DNA of 64,000 nt, taken from contig JBGPGO010000009.1 of assembly GCA_041483895.1 (NCBI GenBank), positions 32,001 through 96,000 of the forward strand. Reading direction: 5' to 3'. The translations under genes were made by a program, and so were the position numbers. The notes under the pieces were generated by a model, which saw only the letters and a list, made by a program, of their open reading frames with translations, was not told where the DNA came from and searched no databases. Below, piece by piece: positions 60,934-64,000 of this stretch. This DNA is from Fimbriimonadia bacterium (GTDB lineage: Bacteria > Armatimonadota > Fimbriimonadia > Fimbriimonadales > JABRVX01). The first letter of the stretch is position 1. Each line of letters opens with the position of its first letter.

Positions 60934-61707
60934 ATGAAATCGGTCTTTATATATCTCCTCTCATTGATGTCGGCGGGGGGAGCTTTCGGCGCGACGGTCG
61001 ATGTTCACATTTCTGGCTTCAACTTCTCGCCGCAACATGTTACGATCAATCAGGGAGACAGCGTCCGGTGGATCAACGACGACATCATTATCCACACGGC
61101 GACCAGCGGCACCGGATTTTTGCCGGATGGCGTGTTCAATTCCGGAAACCTTAGCCACAGTGGAACATTCACGAAGATGTTCAACACAGCAGGCACATTC
61201 TTCTATTATTGCGGCATTCACACAACGATGATGGCGCACGGCAATGATTACAGTGTCATCGTCCAGGCGCCCAACTCTTCCCTTAGCGGCAACATCGATC
61301 TGGACAGCTATGTTGCGAGCCCAAATGGGTTGACGGCCACGCTGGAATTTCGGACGCCGAGCACTACAACCGTGGTGCACAGCTACTCGATCACGCTCAA
61401 TGCTTCTTCCAACTACTCGGTTGCAAGCGTCGCGGCCGGTACGTGGGATGTGGCGGTCAAGTTCTCTCATTGGCTCCGCAACAAGGTCTCATCAAAGGTG
61501 ATAGCTGCCGGCGCGAACACAGTCGATATTTTTCTGCTCAACGGCGATGGAGACATGGATAACTCCGTCACAATTAGCGATCTCAATTCCTTATTCATTA
61601 ACTTTACTACGGCCGATCCCGATAACGATCTGGACGGAAGCGGGCAAGTGGACCTACCGGATTTGAATGTGGTCTTCATCAATTTCGGGCAGTCTGGCGT
61701 GGCGTAG
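60934..61707 (+). CDS. Secreted cupredoxin + Ig + dockerin-like protein, copy 2
   Basis: Same length (774 nt) as copy 1, offset 1035 nt; YYCGIHTTMM. Confidence 0.88.
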   Translation: MKSVFIYLLSLMSAGGAFGATVDVHISGFNFSPQHVTINQGDSVRWINDDIIIHTATSGTGFLPDGVFNSGNLSHSGTFTKMFNTAGTFFYYCGIHTTMMAHGNDYSVIVQAPNSSLSGNIDLDSYVASPNGLTATLEFRTPSTTTVVHSYSITLNASSNYSVASVAAGTWDVAVKFSHWLRNKVSSKVIAAGANTVDIFLLNGDGDMDNSVTISDLNSLFINFTTADPDNDLDGSGQVDLPDLNVVFINFGQSGVA

Positions 61708-61718
61708 GTTGCTGTTCT

Positions 61719-61855
61719 GTGCCGTGGTCTTAGGGCGTCGGTGATTTCACAGTTGCCGGCGTGCGAGGACCACGGCACAACGGGGTGGTTACTACGTGCC
61801 GTGGTCTTAGCTGGTCGATGATTTCACAGTTGCCGGCATGCGAGGACCACGGCAC
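61719..61855. repeat. Two 60-nt units with terminal inverted repeats
   Basis: GTGCCGTGGTC...GACCACGGCAC at 61719-61778 and 61796-61855. Confidence 0.88.
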
Positions 61856-61867
61856 AACCGGTTGATC

Positions 61868-63064
61868 CTATGTCGGCGAGACAAGCTTCTTGATCAGTTG
61901 GTGGCCTTCCGGAACATATGGCACCTTTTCTTCCAACGCCCGTTCGTCGAAGGGGATGATGTTCGGCTCCCGCGCCAAGGAATCGAAAAGCAGATAGGGG
62001 ACCGGGCCGGGGGCGTGGGTGCCGAGCTCGACCGGCGTCGCGTGATCGGGGACGATCAGCATCCGGAACCGCTCGCCGCGAAGCCCGTCCAGCAACGTCC
62101 CCACCACTTTTTCATCGATCTGCTCGATGGCGTAAATTTTCTCCGGAAAATCCTTATGATGCCCCGCCTCGTCCGGCGCTTCGATATGGATGTACACAAA
62201 ATCGTGGGTCTCCAATAACTCCAATGCCGCCCGCGCTTTCGCCGCATAGTCGGTATTGACGTAGCCCGTCGCCCCCGGCACGTTTGCCACGGTCATCCCC
62301 TGCAACGCCCCAAGACCTTTGATCAGATCCACCGCCGCGACCACCGCCCCGCTGACGCCCCAGGTCAGATCGAAATTGGGCAGCAGCGGCGCGCGGCTCT
62401 GCCCCCACGGCCAGATCATGTTCCCCGGCATCATCCCTTCTTCCAACCGTTGGCGATTGATCGGATGGTCCATCAAAAGATTGATCGAATCGTCGATCAG
62501 CCGCCGCAGAACCTGGTCCCCATCGCCCTGCGGCAATATCGGCCGGAACGGTTCCCCCACATGATCGTGCGGCGGTTCTGTGTGGAGGTCGAGCGGCCCA
62601 TCCTCCCAAACCAAGACATGCCGATAGCCAATCCCCGGATGGAACCGCAACGATCGAGTCCCCAGCTTCTCCGCGATCAGCTGCATCAGAGGCTGGGAAT
62701 GCGCGTCGGGGATGTTGCCGGCGCTGTGGTCCAAAATCCGCTCGCCGTCAGTGGAGATGAGCGAGCAGCGGAAGGCCAGATCCGTCGGTCCCAAATGGAT
62801 TCCCAGCGCGGCGGCTTCCAGGGGGCCCCGGCCGGTCGGATGCTCTCGCGGATCGATGCCCATAAGCGACATGTTGGCGACATCGCTGCCCGGATACATC
62901 CCTTCCGGGACGGTCAATACGATCCCAACCTCGCCGGTTGCGGCCAATCGATCCCAGTTTGGAGTTCGGGCGGCCTGCCACGGCGTCTTGCCGTCCAACT
63001 CCAAAATAGGGCGGTCCGACATCCCATCCGGCACAACAACTATGGTTTTGACGTGTTCTTCCAT
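61868..63064 (-). CDS. apgM: Cofactor-independent phosphoglycerate mutase (ApgM type)
   Basis: PDGMSD, PGSDVANMS, TGRGPLEA, HIEAPDEAGH, PDHATP..TH. Confidence 0.92.
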   Translation of the reverse strand: MEEHVKTIVVVPDGMSDRPILELDGKTPWQAARTPNWDRLAATGEVGIVLTVPEGMYPGSDVANMSLMGIDPREHPTGRGPLEAAALGIHLGPTDLAFRCSLISTDGERILDHSAGNIPDAHSQPLMQLIAEKLGTRSLRFHPGIGYRHVLVWEDGPLDLHTEPPHDHVGEPFRPILPQGDGDQVLRRLIDDSINLLMDHPINRQRLEEGMMPGNMIWPWGQSRAPLLPNFDLTWGVSGAVVAAVDLIKGLGALQGMTVANVPGATGYVNTDYAAKARAALELLETHDFVYIHIEAPDEAGHHKDFPEKIYAIEQIDEKVVGTLLDGLRGERFRMLIVPDHATPVELGTHAPGPVPYLLFDSLAREPNIIPFDERALEEKVPYVPEGHQLIKKLVSPT

Positions 63065-63119
63065 GAACCCCTGGTATCTCCCGAATAATCCCAGCACAAT
63101 CCACAGGCGTTAGGACCTG

Positions 63120-63148
63120 TTGACAACGGGCCGCACTCTTGGTACAAT
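63120..63148 (+). promoter_or_regulatory. Consensus sigma-70 promoter for the HNH gene leader
   Basis: TTGACA-N17-TACAAT with an extended -10 TG. Confidence 0.8.
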
Positions 63149-63321
63149 CTATGACTAAGTATGACCCAGATGCGCCTGATACATTCATATCGGTGGCGGA
63201 CCGGCTCTTGGTTCGCCACACGCAGATTGTCCCAACGCGGGGCCGTTTTCCCCGCGACTGTGTCAGTCTGCCCGTGTGTGAGATGCGCACCGGGCAGTTT
63301 TCTTTTGCGGAGGATCGGCGA

Positions 63322-63855
63322 ATGACCGGAACAGACGTTCTCTTGCTCAACAACAATTACGAGCCGCTGAACGTGTGCTCCTTTGTGCGCGCCTACACAT
63401 TGTTGTTGCTCGGCAAGGCGGAGATCGCGCATCGGGATGGGGTCACGATCCACACCGTCTCCGGTCCTTTGATCGCGCCTTCCGTCCTGCGCATGCGCTA
63501 CCACGTCAAGCGTCCCATGCCGCAGCTCAAGCTGTGCCGTCAGACCGTTCTCGCCCGGGACCACCACACTTGCCAGTATTGCGGCCGCCAGGGCAGGGAC
63601 CTAACCATCGATCATGTTGTGCCGCGCCGGCATGGCGGTCCGCATTCCTGGGACAACCTTGTCGCCTGTTGCCGCAAGTGCAACCTGAAGAAGGCGGACA
63701 AGCTGGCGCACCATGCCAACATGAAGCTGATCCGGTCGCCTCGGCGTCCATCCTACGTGCCATATATCAGCCTGGCCAAATACATGAAGGCTCGTGGCAA
63801 TGAGACTTGGCGCATCTACCTTCCGGTTTTCGAAGACTTCGCGCTCCCCGCGTAA
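63322..63855 (+). CDS. HNH endonuclease (McrA/HNH_5-like)
   Basis: VLLLNNNYEPL, RDHHTCQYCG, TIDHVVPR..GG..SWDNLVACCRKCNLKK; RBS GGAGGA. Confidence 0.92.
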   Translation: MTGTDVLLLNNNYEPLNVCSFVRAYTLLLLGKAEIAHRDGVTIHTVSGPLIAPSVLRMRYHVKRPMPQLKLCRQTVLARDHHTCQYCGRQGRDLTIDHVVPRRHGGPHSWDNLVACCRKCNLKKADKLAHHANMKLIRSPRRPSYVPYISLAKYMKARGNETWRIYLPVFEDFALPA

Positions 63856-63973
63856 CGCTGCCTTCCAGGCGGCATTGGGTCAAGGTGCTGGCAGGATGCC
63901 AGCGCTCCCGAAGACAATGCCGGCAAGATGCCGGCGTTACGTTTGGTTTTGCCGCCTGGAAGGCGGAGTTGCG
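63851..63973. repeat. Cluster of REP-like palindromes
   Basis: GCCTTCCAGGCGGC with its reverse complement GCCGCCTGGAAGGC; CTGGCAGGATGCCAGCG and CCGGCAAGATGCCGGCG. Confidence 0.65.
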
Positions 63974-64000
63974 TGGGGTAAAATCGGTCTGATGGCTTCC

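Noticed and set aside
63139..63855. IscB/HEARO-type RNA-guided nuclease
   Set aside because: The protein is ~177 aa with no RuvC or PLMP motifs; it fits the small McrA-like HNH family.

Overview
High-GC bacterial chromosomal window. The 16S sequence, a PEP-CTERM protein and a repeated dockerin-like C-terminal module suggest Armatimonadota; this is an inference, not a database result. Housekeeping content: trpB, uvrA, apgM, four tRNAs and a 16S rRNA gene with no 23S or tRNA after it. Carbohydrate enzymes: two GH2, one GH32 and one six-hairpin glycosidase-like protein. Defence content is dense: type III R-M, Mrr, an HNH nuclease and four toxin-antitoxin pairs. The most notable observations are: (1) a TPR protein, an unannotated 49-aa secreted peptide translationally coupled to it, and a sigma-70-like factor (28119-29628), resembling a peptide-signalling cassette; (2) GC-rich palindromic repeats inserted in frame into three enzymes; (3) an ECF sigma / zinc anti-sigma-like / TPR-CHAT / subtilase operon; (4) six exported proteins sharing one Ig + dockerin-like tail; (5) a Hen1 5' fragment cut off at the edge of the R-M cassette; (6) three separate duplications of gene 3' ends; (7) a structured, terminator-ended leader in front of the HNH gene; (8) tandem arrays of ~60-nt hairpin units. 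All family assignments come from motif recognition by eye.
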